Below, one piece after another: positions 10,227 to 17,158 of a stretch of DNA of 24,000 nucleotides (the stretch's first letter is position 1; each line of letters starts with the position of its first letter). Under the pieces are notes generated by a model. That model had not been told where the DNA came from and searched no databases. It saw only the letters and a program-made list of their open reading frames with translations. The stretch is from Micrococcales bacterium (GTDB taxonomy: Bacteria; Actinomycetota; Actinomycetes; Actinomycetales; Microbacteriaceae), in the NCBI GenBank assembly GCA_016212425.1, contig JACRGJ010000080.1, positions 23,633 through 47,632 of the forward strand, written 5' to 3'. Both the position numbers and the translations under genes were made by a program.

Positions 10227-11351
10227 TCAGTCGGCGACCGCTGCGGCGCTCTGCCGCGCGATCTCGAGCTCCTCGTTCGTGGGGATCACGAGCACCGCCG
10301 TGGGCGAGTCATCCGGGGAGATGCGCCGTACCGCTCGGGAGTCCGCACCGTTCCGGACGCGGTCGACGACGATGCCGAGCGCCTCGAGCCCCGCCAGCGC
10401 CCGGGCGCGCAGCGCGGGCGTGTTCTCCCCCACGCCGGCGGTGAACGAGATCGCGTCCACCCCGCCGAGAACCGCGAGGTAGGCGCCGACGTAGTGGCGG
10501 ATGCGGTGCGCCCACACCTCCAGCGCCTCCTCCGCCGTGTCATCGCCGGACTGCGCCTTCGAGAGCACATCGCGCATGTCCCCGCTGCCGGTGAGCCCGG
10601 CCAGCCCGCTGCGCCGATTCAGCAGCGTGTCGAGCTCGGGCAGGCCGAGGGCGGCGACCCGGCCGAGGTGGGGCAGGATCGCGGGGTCCAGGTCGCCGGA
10701 CCGGGTCCCCATCACCAGCCCCTCCAGCGGTGTCATGCCCATCGAGGTGTCGACGCTGGATCCGCGATCGATCGCGCAGGCGGAGGCGCCGTTGCCCAGG
10801 TGCAGCACGATCTGACGCAGCTCGCCCAGCGGGCGGCCGAGGAACGCGGCGGCGCGCTCGGAGACGAACTTGTGGCTGGTGCCGTGGAACCCGTAGCGGC
10901 GGATGCGGTGGCGGTCGGCGACCTCGCGATCGATGGCGTAACGGTATGCCGCTCTCGGCATGGTCTGGTGGAAGGCGGTGTCGAACACCGCGACGTGCGG
11001 CGTGCCCGGGAGCGCGCCGCGCGCCGCCCGGATGCCGGCGAGGTTCGCGGGGTTGTGCAGCGGAGCGAGGGCGGACAGCTCGTTGATCGCCCGCTCCACC
11101 CCATCGTCGACGACGACCGCGGCGCGGAAGCGGGAGCCGCCGTGGACGACCCGGTGCCCGACGGCCGCCAGATCGCGCTCGCCGATCCCCTCCAGAACCC
11201 CCCGCAGGGCGGCCTCGTGATCCGGGGCGTCGCCGCCGGGTTCGCCGATCCGCTCGATGGTGCCCGATTCGAGCGCCTCTTCCGCGTCGACGTCGACGAG
11301 CTGGTACTTGAGGGACGACGAGCCGGAGTTGACGACGAAGACGAGCGTCAC
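10227..11351 (-). CDS. ackA: Acetate kinase
   Basis: VTLVFVVNSGSSSLKYQLV...GHRVVHGG...LAPLHNPANL...FDTAFHQTMP...YGFHGTSH...LGNGAS...EGLVMGTRSGDLDP...FTAGVGEN. The GTG start at 11351 overlaps the pta stop (GTGA). The 885-aa track ORF is an artefactual extension through pta in another frame. Confidence 0.93.
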   Translation of the reverse strand: MTLVFVVNSGSSSLKYQLVDVDAEEALESGTIERIGEPGGDAPDHEAALRGVLEGIGERDLAAVGHRVVHGGSRFRAAVVVDDGVERAINELSALAPLHNPANLAGIRAARGALPGTPHVAVFDTAFHQTMPRAAYRYAIDREVADRHRIRRYGFHGTSHKFVSERAAAFLGRPLGELRQIVLHLGNGASACAIDRGSSVDTSMGMTPLEGLVMGTRSGDLDPAILPHLGRVAALGLPELDTLLNRRSGLAGLTGSGDMRDVLSKAQSGDDTAEEALEVWAHRIRHYVGAYLAVLGGVDAISFTAGVGENTPALRARALAGLEALGIVVDRVRNGADSRAVRRISPDDSPTAVLVIPTNEELEIARQSAAAVAD

Positions 11352-13492
11352 GTCCGCACCGCCGGGCTCGGCACGGTCGCATCCGCGGCGGACCGCGCCT
11401 GCGCCTGGATCGCGGTGATCGCGACCGTATTGACGATGTCGCTCACCAGCGCCCCGCGAGAGAGGTCGTTGATCGGCTTCGCGAGGCCCTGCAGCACCGG
11501 CCCGATGGCCACCGCACCCGCCGAGCGCTGCACCGCCTTGTACGTGTTGTTGCCCGTATTCAGGTCCGGGAATATGAACACCGTGGCCCGCCCGGCCACC
11601 CGCGATCCGGGCATCTTCGCGGCGGCGACCGTCGCATCCGCCGCCGCGTCGTACTGGATCGGTCCCTCGACGAGCAGGTCCGGACGCCGTTCGCGCACGA
11701 GGGCCGTGGCGGCACGCACTTTCTCGACGTCCGCACCGGAGCCCGACTCCCCCGTCGAGTAGCTGAGCATCGCGATGCGCGGCGCGATATCGAAGGCGGA
11801 TGCCGTGGCCGCCGACGAGACGGCGATGTCGGCCAGCTGCTGCGCCGTCGGATCGGGGATGACGGCGCAGTCGCCGTAGACGAGCACCCGATCCGCGAGC
11901 GCCATGAGGAACACGCTGGAGACCACGTCGGTGCCGGGCGCCGTCTTGATGATCTCGAACGCCGGGCGGATGGTGTGGGCCGTGGTGTGGGCGGCGCCGG
12001 ACACCATGCCGTCGGCGAGCCCCAGGTGCACCATCATCGTGCCGAAGTAGCTGACGTCGGTGACCGTGTCGGCGGCCTGTGCCAGGGCGATGCCCTTGTG
12101 GGCGCGGATGCGGGCGTACTCCGCGGCGAAGCGCTCCCGCAGCCGCTCGTCGAACGGGCTCACCACCTCCGCCTCGGTCAGGTCGACGCCGAGCTCGGTC
12201 GCGCGCGCCCGGACCGCCTCCTCCTCGCCGAGGATCGTGAGCCGGGCGACCTGCCGGGCGAGGAGGGAGCCGGCGGCGCGGAGGATGCGGTCGTCGTCGC
12301 CCTCGGGCAGCACGATGTGCCTGCGGTCGGCGCGCGCCCGGTCGAGCAGGCGATGCTCGAACATCAGTGGCGTGACGACGTCGGTGGGGGCGACGTTCAG
12401 CCGGCGCAGCAGCTCCGGCCCGTCCACCGCGCGCTCGAAGATCCCCCGCGCGAGCTCGGTCTTGCGGGGTGAGTCGGCGGCGAGGCGGCCGCGGATGCGG
12501 GTCATCCGCACCGCGGTGTCGAAGGTGCCGAGCGGCGAGCGCGCGATCGGGAGGGGCGATCCGAGACCGTCGAGCAGCCGCTCGATCTGCGGCGACAGCG
12601 CGAATCCGCCGTTGAGGATGATGCCGGAGAGGGAGGGGAACGTGTCGGCGGCGTGCGCGAGCAAGAGCCCGACGAGAGCGTCGGTGCGGTCGCCCGGGAC
12701 GATCACGGCGGCCCCTTCGGTCAGGCGCGGCAGTGCGTTCTCGAACGTCATCGCCGCGATCACCGCCGAGAGCACCTCGCGCTCCAGCAGCTCCTCGTCG
12801 CCGCGGAGGAACTCGCCGTCCACGGCGTCGACGACGGAGCGGAAGCTGGGCGCCACGAGCACCGGCTCCTCGGGGATCGCCCACACCGGCACGTCGACGG
12901 GGGCGCCGTAGCGGATGGCGGCGCTGCGCACCGCGGCGACCGCCGCATCCGCGTGCTCGAGCTCGACCCGGTTCACCACGACGGCGAGCAGCCCGGCGTG
13001 GTTCTCACGCAGCTCGGCGGTGGTGACCTCGGCGACCTGGCCGAGCTCGTCCGCGGTGCGGGCGGCGGCGCCGTCCGGGGTGCGTCCGCTGAGCACGAGC
13101 AGCACCGGAGCACCGAGGTTGGTGGCGACCCGGGCGTTGTAGGAGAGCTCGGTGGGGCTGCCGACGTCGGTGTAGTCCGAGCCGACGATCACGACCGCGT
13201 CGCACTGCGCCTCGACCGCGGCGAAACGCGCAACGATGTCCGCCAGCGCAGCGGTCGGATCGGCGTGCACGGCCTCGTAGCTGGTGCCGACGCACTCGTC
13301 GTAAGAGAGGTCGGCGGAGGAGTGCGCGAGCAGGAACTCCAGCACGTAGTCGCGCTCCTGCGTCGATCGCGCAACCGGTCGGTACACGCCGACGCGGCTC
13401 GAGGTGCGCTGAAGCAACTCCATCGCACCGAGGGCCACGGTCGATTTGCCGCTGTGCCCCTCGCTCGAGGCGATGAAGATGCGCGCAACCAC
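11348..13492 (-). CDS. pta: Phosphate acetyltransferase (long form with N-terminal DRTGG/CobQ-like domain)
   Basis: The 714-aa ORF begins MVARIFIASSEGHSGKSTVALG. Its C-terminal PTA_PTB core reads ...VLPEGDDDRILRAA...MVHLGLADGMVSGAAHTTAHTIRPA...YGDCAVIPDP...FIFPDLNTGNNTYKAVQR. It forms a pta-ackA operon. Confidence 0.93.
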   Translation of the reverse strand: MVARIFIASSEGHSGKSTVALGAMELLQRTSSRVGVYRPVARSTQERDYVLEFLLAHSSADLSYDECVGTSYEAVHADPTAALADIVARFAAVEAQCDAVVIVGSDYTDVGSPTELSYNARVATNLGAPVLLVLSGRTPDGAAARTADELGQVAEVTTAELRENHAGLLAVVVNRVELEHADAAVAAVRSAAIRYGAPVDVPVWAIPEEPVLVAPSFRSVVDAVDGEFLRGDEELLEREVLSAVIAAMTFENALPRLTEGAAVIVPGDRTDALVGLLLAHAADTFPSLSGIILNGGFALSPQIERLLDGLGSPLPIARSPLGTFDTAVRMTRIRGRLAADSPRKTELARGIFERAVDGPELLRRLNVAPTDVVTPLMFEHRLLDRARADRRHIVLPEGDDDRILRAAGSLLARQVARLTILGEEEAVRARATELGVDLTEAEVVSPFDERLRERFAAEYARIRAHKGIALAQAADTVTDVSYFGTMMVHLGLADGMVSGAAHTTAHTIRPAFEIIKTAPGTDVVSSVFLMALADRVLVYGDCAVIPDPTAQQLADIAVSSAATASAFDIAPRIAMLSYSTGESGSGADVEKVRAATALVRERRPDLLVEGPIQYDAAADATVAAAKMPGSRVAGRATVFIFPDLNTGNNTYKAVQRSAGAVAIGPVLQGLAKPINDLSRGALVSDIVNTVAITAIQAQARSAADATVPSPAVRT

Positions 13493-13498
13493 GCCGTC

Positions 13499-13504
13499 AG
13501 CCTA
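13499..13504 (-). promoter_or_regulatory. Candidate -10 hexamer TAGGCT, 6 nt upstream of the pta GTG (leaderless-type)
   Basis: The minus strand reads ccgTAGGCTgacggcGTG. This is the TANNNT pattern with no SD. Confidence 0.3.
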
Positions 13505-13572
13505 CGGAGACAGCCGCCGGGTTTCGCCGCCTGTGCGGGATCTCCCGGGGTCGGGCCCGGCGTCCGGCCCGG

Positions 13573-13578
13573 TATGAT
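13573..13578 (+). promoter_or_regulatory. Candidate -10 (TATGAT) for tRNA-Ser
   Basis: A good -10 hexamer lies 30 nt upstream of the mature tRNA 5' end. No convincing -35 was seen. Confidence 0.25.
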
Positions 13579-13608
13579 TCCCGAGTGGTCGCGCGCGTCG
13601 CGGCCGCT

Positions 13609-13693
13609 GGAGGATTCGCCTAGTGGCCTATGGCGCACGCTTGGAAAGCGTGTTGGGTGAAAGCCCTCGGGGGTTCGAATCCCCCATCCTCCG
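13609..13693 (+). tRNA. tRNA-Ser (anticodon GGA), class II with long variable arm
   Basis: I folded it by hand. Acceptor stem is GGAGGAT/ATCCTCC. The D-stem is 3 bp (GCC/GGC). The anticodon stem is CACGC/GCGTG with loop TTGGAAA, giving anticodon GGA. The variable arm is GGGT-GAAA-GCCC. The T-arm is GGGGG-TTCGAAT-CCCCC. The discriminator is G, and CCA is not encoded. Confidence 0.9.
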
Positions 13694-13694
13694 C
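13681..13694 (+). repeat. attL core (cccccatcctccgc)
   Basis: Identical to 20459-20472. It forms the 3' T-arm/acceptor end of tRNA-Ser. Confidence 0.85.
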
Positions 13695-13762
13695 TGTTTT
13701 AGTCAAACTGAAGAAAAGTCCCGTGAAAACGGGGCTGTGCCCGGCTTTTGCCTCTGCTCTAC

Positions 13763-13785
13763 TGCGTATCTCGCTGCGTATCAGC
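13763..13785 (+). promoter_or_regulatory. Tandem TGCGTATC-N4-TGCGTATCAGC motif (candidate integrase arm-type sites, P' arm)
   Basis: tgcgtatc occurs at 13763-13770 and tgcgtatcagc at 13775-13785, with 12-nt phasing. The same composite motif, in the same orientation, recurs at 20378-20400 near attR. Confidence 0.5.
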
Positions 13786-13800
13786 GAAATGGAGCAGAAG

Positions 13801-15171
13801 ATGCCAACCACCAGAGCCCGAGCCAATGGCGAGGGCAGCGTCTATCAGACGACCGTCCGCGGTCAGAACGTCTGGCGCGCGTCCTACTCGGTCCCGTACA
13901 TCGTCGAGGTCGATGGGACGCCGCAGCGCCGCTACAAGCGCATCTGCGGCACCAGCCCCAGCAAGTCGGAGGCGATTGCGCGCCGCCAGGCGCTGCTCGA
14001 CCGGTGGAACGGGGTTCCCGCTTTGGCGCGGAGAAACGCCTCGCGCCCTTCATTGACGGCGTCGGGCGAACCAAACGGGATTACCGTGGGCGAGCTGCTT
14101 GCCGAGTGGCTCGCGTGGAAGAAGTCGAACCCCGAAAGCCCTGACGCAATCGGGCTGAACGTCGCCCGCATGTACGAGCGGAGCATCGCGCTCCACATCG
14201 AGCCTGCGCTCGGTAAGCGCGAAATCAGTTCCATCACGCGCCGCGACCTCGCGGTCTTCCTGACGGAGACGCTCACCGCCAAGACGAAGAGCGACGGCAG
14301 TCCGCTGCTCGGGTCGAGCCCCAAACGCCAGATCCGGAACATCCTGTCGATGGCGTTCGCCTACGGCGTAGAGCAGGAGTACCTCCCGACGAGCCCTGCG
14401 CTCTCGCTCCCCAAGTTCTCCAAGGTCCACCGTCGCGGCGAACAGCTCGAACGAAAAAAGTGGATCGTCCAGCGCATCATGCGGGACATCACCGGCACGC
14501 CGGAGGAGGCGTACTGGGTTCTGGCTTTCCACTCGTTGAGACAGAGCGAGCGCATCGGGCTTACCTGGGACTGTTTCTCCAACTTAGAAGGCAAGGACAA
14601 GACCCGCCCCACGCGGGTTGAGATCCGCCAGCAGCTCTGGCGTAACCCCAACACCGGTGCGCTGCTCATCAAGCCCGAGACGAAGACGCTGGCGGGCAAC
14701 CGCATCGTCCCGCTCGATCCGCGCGTCGCTGCCGTCCTTCGTGAGCACCGGAAGCGGCAGAAGCGCCTCGCGGAGCTGCCGGGGTGGAACCCTCCGCCCG
14801 GCATGGAGCAGCTCGTCTTCACACACGACGACGGGCGACCGATCAGCCATCAGCGCGACAACAAGCGGTGGCACGCCCTCTTCGCCAAGCACATCAACCG
14901 CGGTCGCAAGCCTGGCGAGAAGGACTACATGGAGCCGATGCGCCAGCACGCCCTCCGACACATCGGCATTTCGATGATGGTGGGGGAGGGGCAGCCCATC
15001 GAGGTCGTCCGCACGCTGGCTGGACACGCAGACGAAGCCACGACCCGCGCCATCTACACGCACCTGTCCTGGGTCCAGGGGCAGGACGCAATCCGCAGCC
15101 TGACCTCCTCGATCTATAAGGAGTACGACACGCAGCAGGAGCGCGCCTCGCGCCGCCCAGCGACCGCATAG
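13801..15171 (+). CDS. int: Tyrosine-type site-specific recombinase / integrase
   Basis: MPTTRARANGEGSVYQ... The N-terminal arm/SAM-like region is followed by the catalytic domain: LRQSERIGLTW (Arg I), HALRHIGISMM (HxxR) and LAGHADEATTRAIYTHL (His/Tyr nucleophile). GGAG lies 6 nt upstream of ATG 13801. An in-frame ATG at 13789 is an alternative start. The track ORF start at 13630 runs through the tRNA and is rejected. Confidence 0.9.
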   Translation: MPTTRARANGEGSVYQTTVRGQNVWRASYSVPYIVEVDGTPQRRYKRICGTSPSKSEAIARRQALLDRWNGVPALARRNASRPSLTASGEPNGITVGELLAEWLAWKKSNPESPDAIGLNVARMYERSIALHIEPALGKREISSITRRDLAVFLTETLTAKTKSDGSPLLGSSPKRQIRNILSMAFAYGVEQEYLPTSPALSLPKFSKVHRRGEQLERKKWIVQRIMRDITGTPEEAYWVLAFHSLRQSERIGLTWDCFSNLEGKDKTRPTRVEIRQQLWRNPNTGALLIKPETKTLAGNRIVPLDPRVAAVLREHRKRQKRLAELPGWNPPPGMEQLVFTHDDGRPISHQRDNKRWHALFAKHINRGRKPGEKDYMEPMRQHALRHIGISMMVGEGQPIEVVRTLAGHADEATTRAIYTHLSWVQGQDAIRSLTSSIYKEYDTQQERASRRPATA

Positions 15172-15191
15172 CCGGTCAGAGCGGGCGTGCG

Positions 15192-15233
15192 CCGCTGCCT
15201 ACCCTTACCCGAGCCAGGAAGGGTAGGCAGCGG
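15192..15233 (+). other. Perfect 15-bp-stem hairpin (ccgctgcctaccctt / 12-nt loop / aagggtaggcagcgg) abutting the vsr ATG
   Basis: Read directly. It lies between the int stop (15171) and the vsr ATG (15234). The 3' arm ends on the nucleotide before the ATG, so any ribosome-binding site for vsr lies inside the stem. Confidence 0.7.
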
Positions 15234-15680
15234 ATGGAAGGCGAGCAGGAGGCACCGCAGTACGTCCTGACAGACGGTCGGCGACGGAACATGCGCGCCA
15301 ACCGCCGCCGGGACACGGGACCCGAGGTAGCCGTTCGCTCGATCCTCCACGCTCGCGGCTTCCGATACCGAACCGACTACCGGATCGACGCCGGAACTGC
15401 CCGACCGCGTCCCGACATCGTGTTCACGCGTCAGCGCGTAGCCGTCTTCATCGACGGCTGCTTCTGGCACAGCTGCCCCGAACACGGGAGGAACCCCCAG
15501 AACAACAGCGGCTACTGGACGCCCAAGCTGCTGCGGAACCGGGAGCGCGACGAAGCGCAGACCGAGGCACTCACTGCTTCCGGCTGGCACGTCCTCCGCG
15601 CCTGGGAACACGAAGACCCAGCTCAGGTGGCGGACCGTGTTGGAAAAGCAGTCATCGAGCTGCGCCAAAAGGCGCAGTAG
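15234..15680 (+). CDS. vsr: Very-short-patch-repair (Vsr) endonuclease
   Basis: The 148-aa ORF reads ...RRNMRANRRRDTGPEVAVRSILHARGFRYRTDYRI...RPDIVFTRQRVAVFIDGCFWHSCPEHG...SGYWTPKLLRNRERDEAQTEALTASGWHVLRAWEHE. It aligns motif-for-motif with E. coli Vsr (NMR..RDT.E, FR, PD.V, GCFWH.H.C, FW..K...N..RD, GW.VL..WE). Confidence 0.9.
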   Translation: MEGEQEAPQYVLTDGRRRNMRANRRRDTGPEVAVRSILHARGFRYRTDYRIDAGTARPRPDIVFTRQRVAVFIDGCFWHSCPEHGRNPQNNSGYWTPKLLRNRERDEAQTEALTASGWHVLRAWEHEDPAQVADRVGKAVIELRQKAQ

Positions 15681-15693
15681 CACGCCTTTTTTT
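15667..15693. terminator. Canonical intrinsic terminator (AAAAGGCG-loop-CGCCTTTTTTT), bidirectional type
   Basis: The GGCG/CGCC stem is extended by A4/T pairing and followed by a run of 7 T. It overlaps the vsr stop codon (15678-15680). Confidence 0.6.
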
Positions 15694-15782
15694 CTTATTT
15701 CGGGGTACAAGCGATCTCTAAAAGACGCTGCCCGGATATAGAATAGAGTGTCCCATTCAGCAGTCCACATATAGGAGTGGAA

Positions 15783-15845
15783 ATGAGAAAGACAAACCCG
15801 GAGGTGATCCGCACCGCCATATACCAAGAAAGAAGGATGCGATGA
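15783..15845 (+). CDS. Possible 20-codon leader ORF (MRKTNPEVIRTAIYQERRMR) coupled by ATGA to the next gene
   Basis: GGAG lies 5 nt upstream of ATG 15783. The stop TGA (15843-15845) overlaps ATG 15842 of the 163-aa ORF. It is rich in codons that are rare for this GC-rich host (AGA, AAG, ACA, ATA). This is purely sequence-geometry evidence. Confidence 0.25.
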   Translation: MRKTNPEVIRTAIYQERRMR

Positions 15846-16333
15846 ACAACGCAACCAACACCCCTGTCCCGCCTATCAACCCTATGGTCAGCCGAGCGCT
15901 CACCTGGATCGACGACCGCCTTCGTGATCCGATGTCCGATCAGCCCATCGGACTGATGTTCCAGCTCGACGATCTGAGCAGCACGCTCTATTGGTCCTTC
16001 GGTGGTGATTTCCTCTCAACGGCGTACTACGCAAGGGCGCTCGACTACGCGCTCGACGGGTGGGGGCTGAAAGCGCTATTCGCGGTAGCTCACGCCAGCG
16101 CCTGCTACGGCTGCGCCGACCACCCGAGCGCGTGGGTCGTAAACAACGCGCACTGCGTGGTCCTGCCCGCGCGTGAGCTGCTCGAAGGCATCAGGCAGAC
16201 GCTCATTGCTTCTACCTCCGGTAGTGGGCGCGTGAACGGCAAGACCCGCGATTACCGCTTCCGCATCGGGAAGCGCGTGAGCTATCAGCTCCTTGCCACG
16301 CACGAGATCCCGGCGAGCGCAAGCGCCTCCTGA
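15842..16333 (+). CDS. Hypothetical protein, 163 aa (no family recognised)
   Basis: The ORF has reasonable GC3. AAGGA lies 6 nt upstream of the ATG. It follows a ~47% GC leader and is itself followed by a hairpin terminator. It contains a His/Cys cluster, AHASACYGCADHPSAWVVNNAHC. Confidence 0.6.
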   Translation: MNNATNTPVPPINPMVSRALTWIDDRLRDPMSDQPIGLMFQLDDLSSTLYWSFGGDFLSTAYYARALDYALDGWGLKALFAVAHASACYGCADHPSAWVVNNAHCVVLPARELLEGIRQTLIASTSGSGRVNGKTRDYRFRIGKRVSYQLLATHEIPASASAS

Positions 16334-16341
16334 CGGCTGGG

Positions 16342-16376
16342 TCGTTCCGGGAGTAGTGGTCCTGCTCCCGGAACGA
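16342..16376 (+). terminator. Hairpin (tcgttccgggag / 11-nt loop / ctcccggaacga)
   Basis: A perfect 12-bp inverted repeat begins 9 nt after the stop of the 163-aa ORF. Confidence 0.55.
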
Positions 16377-16525
16377 TTATGTGCCGTGATGATCTGCTGC
16401 CGATAGGGACTGGACGAGCAATCCCGCTCTTACCAGGAGGTAATCATGTCCATCAACTACGGCTACTATTGCCACTCGCCCGCGACCTGTTCCAGTCGGT
16501 TCGCTTTCTCGATATCGCTCCAAAG

Positions 16526-16798
16526 ATGGAGGGCGTCGGCAAAGAGGAAAAGCAAGCTCACGACAAGGAGGGCACGCCCCGATGGGTCGTATCGGCACTG
16601 GTCCGGCACGGTGAAACAAAGCAGGAGACGGAAACGTTCACTCTCACTGCTCCGCTCGCCGTCGCCGAGAAGATCAACGAGATCGAAGAGCTGACCCCGA
16701 TCCGGCTGCGCGGGCTCGCCGGAGGCAAGTGGACGCGTGTCAGCTCCGACAAGACCTCGTGGAGCTTCCAGATCGCAGGCGTGGAGGTTGCGTCGTGA
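16526..16798 (+). CDS. Hypothetical protein, ~90 aa (start uncertain)
   Basis: MEGVGKEEKQAHDKEGTPRWVVSALVRHGETKQETETFTLTAPLAVAEKINEIEELTPIRLRGLAGGKWTRVSSDKTSWSFQIAGVEVAS. By my codon reading it has good GC3 and a natural composition. The frame is open back to 16379, but there is no SD before ATG 16526. See the finding on the frame conflict with the SD-led ATG at 16446. Confidence 0.5.
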   Translation: MEGVGKEEKQAHDKEGTPRWVVSALVRHGETKQETETFTLTAPLAVAEKINEIEELTPIRLRGLAGGKWTRVSSDKTSWSFQIAGVEVAS

Positions 16799-17118
16799 GC
16801 ACGGACACCGCCTCCGCTAACGCGTACCTCTTCGGCACCTTCGCCCGCCTCTGGGATCACTACTGGGTCGACCAACGGGGCATGCGCCCGTCGTTTGTCC
16901 GGTACGCGTCGGGCTCGCGATCCAACGTCATCCTGCTCGCGACGCCGTTGGCGCTGGAACAGGTGATGCCTGCTGTCGACTGGATAAACGGGCGGAATGA
17001 AGTCCAGGTGCGAGCCGAGACTGGCGACCTCCCGGCGACGCGCTGGTGGGGGGAATGGTGTGGACTGCGCGTCCTCCCACGTGGTTCCCGGTGGTCGCTA
17101 TACGGACCCGCTGAATAG
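16795..17118 (+). CDS. Hypothetical protein, 107 aa
   Basis: The GTG at 16795 overlaps the preceding stop (GTGA), suggesting translational coupling. The sequence reads VSTDTASANAYLFGTFARLWDHYWVDQRGMRPSFVRYASGSRSNVILLATPLALEQVMPAVDWINGRNEVQVRAETGDLPATRWWGEWCGLRVLPRGSRWSLYGPAE. It is Trp-rich and I recognise no family. Confidence 0.5.
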   Translation: MSTDTASANAYLFGTFARLWDHYWVDQRGMRPSFVRYASGSRSNVILLATPLALEQVMPAVDWINGRNEVQVRAETGDLPATRWWGEWCGLRVLPRGSRWSLYGPAE

Positions 17119-17130
17119 AACCACCAATCG

Positions 17131-17158
17131 AGGGCGGGAGGCGAATGCCTCCCGCCCT
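17131..17158 (+). other. Perfect 12-bp stem / GAAT loop hairpin (agggcgggaggc-gaat-gcctcccgccct): terminator and/or candidate replication-origin hairpin
   Basis: Read directly. It lies 13 nt after the stop at 17118 and about 90 nt upstream of rep. It is followed by GCGAA(G/A)-type short repeats (17167-17190). Confidence 0.55.

Noticed and set aside
7823-10444. 873-aa plus-strand ORF, and the minus ORFs 9207..10109 and 9484..10125
   Set aside because: They are antisense or off-frame to dnaX and run through the SRP RNA and intergenic DNA. The translations are Arg/Gly/Pro-rich.
10140-13660. Plus-strand ORFs 10140..11762, 11975..12472, 12060..12911 and 12653..13660, plus the 885-aa minus ORF 10227..12884
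   Set aside because: These are shadows or off-frame fusions over ackA and pta. ackA proper starts at GTG 11351 (VTLVFVVNSGSSSLKYQ) and overlaps the pta stop.
13630-13800. Integrase ORF start at 13630, and ORFs 13620..13826 (-) and 13623..14144 (+)
   Set aside because: These frames run through the tRNA-Ser gene and the att core. The integrase has an SD-led ATG at 13801.
15114-15854. 246-aa minus-strand ORF
   Set aside because: It is antisense to vsr, which has unmistakable Vsr motifs, and it runs through the AT-rich intergenic region. It has no motifs.
16446-16694. 82-aa ORF as a genuine full-length protein
   Set aside because: After ~25 codons it becomes an Arg/Lys/Ser-rich off-frame reading of the better-behaved 16526..16798 ORF. 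It is kept only as a frame-conflict observation.
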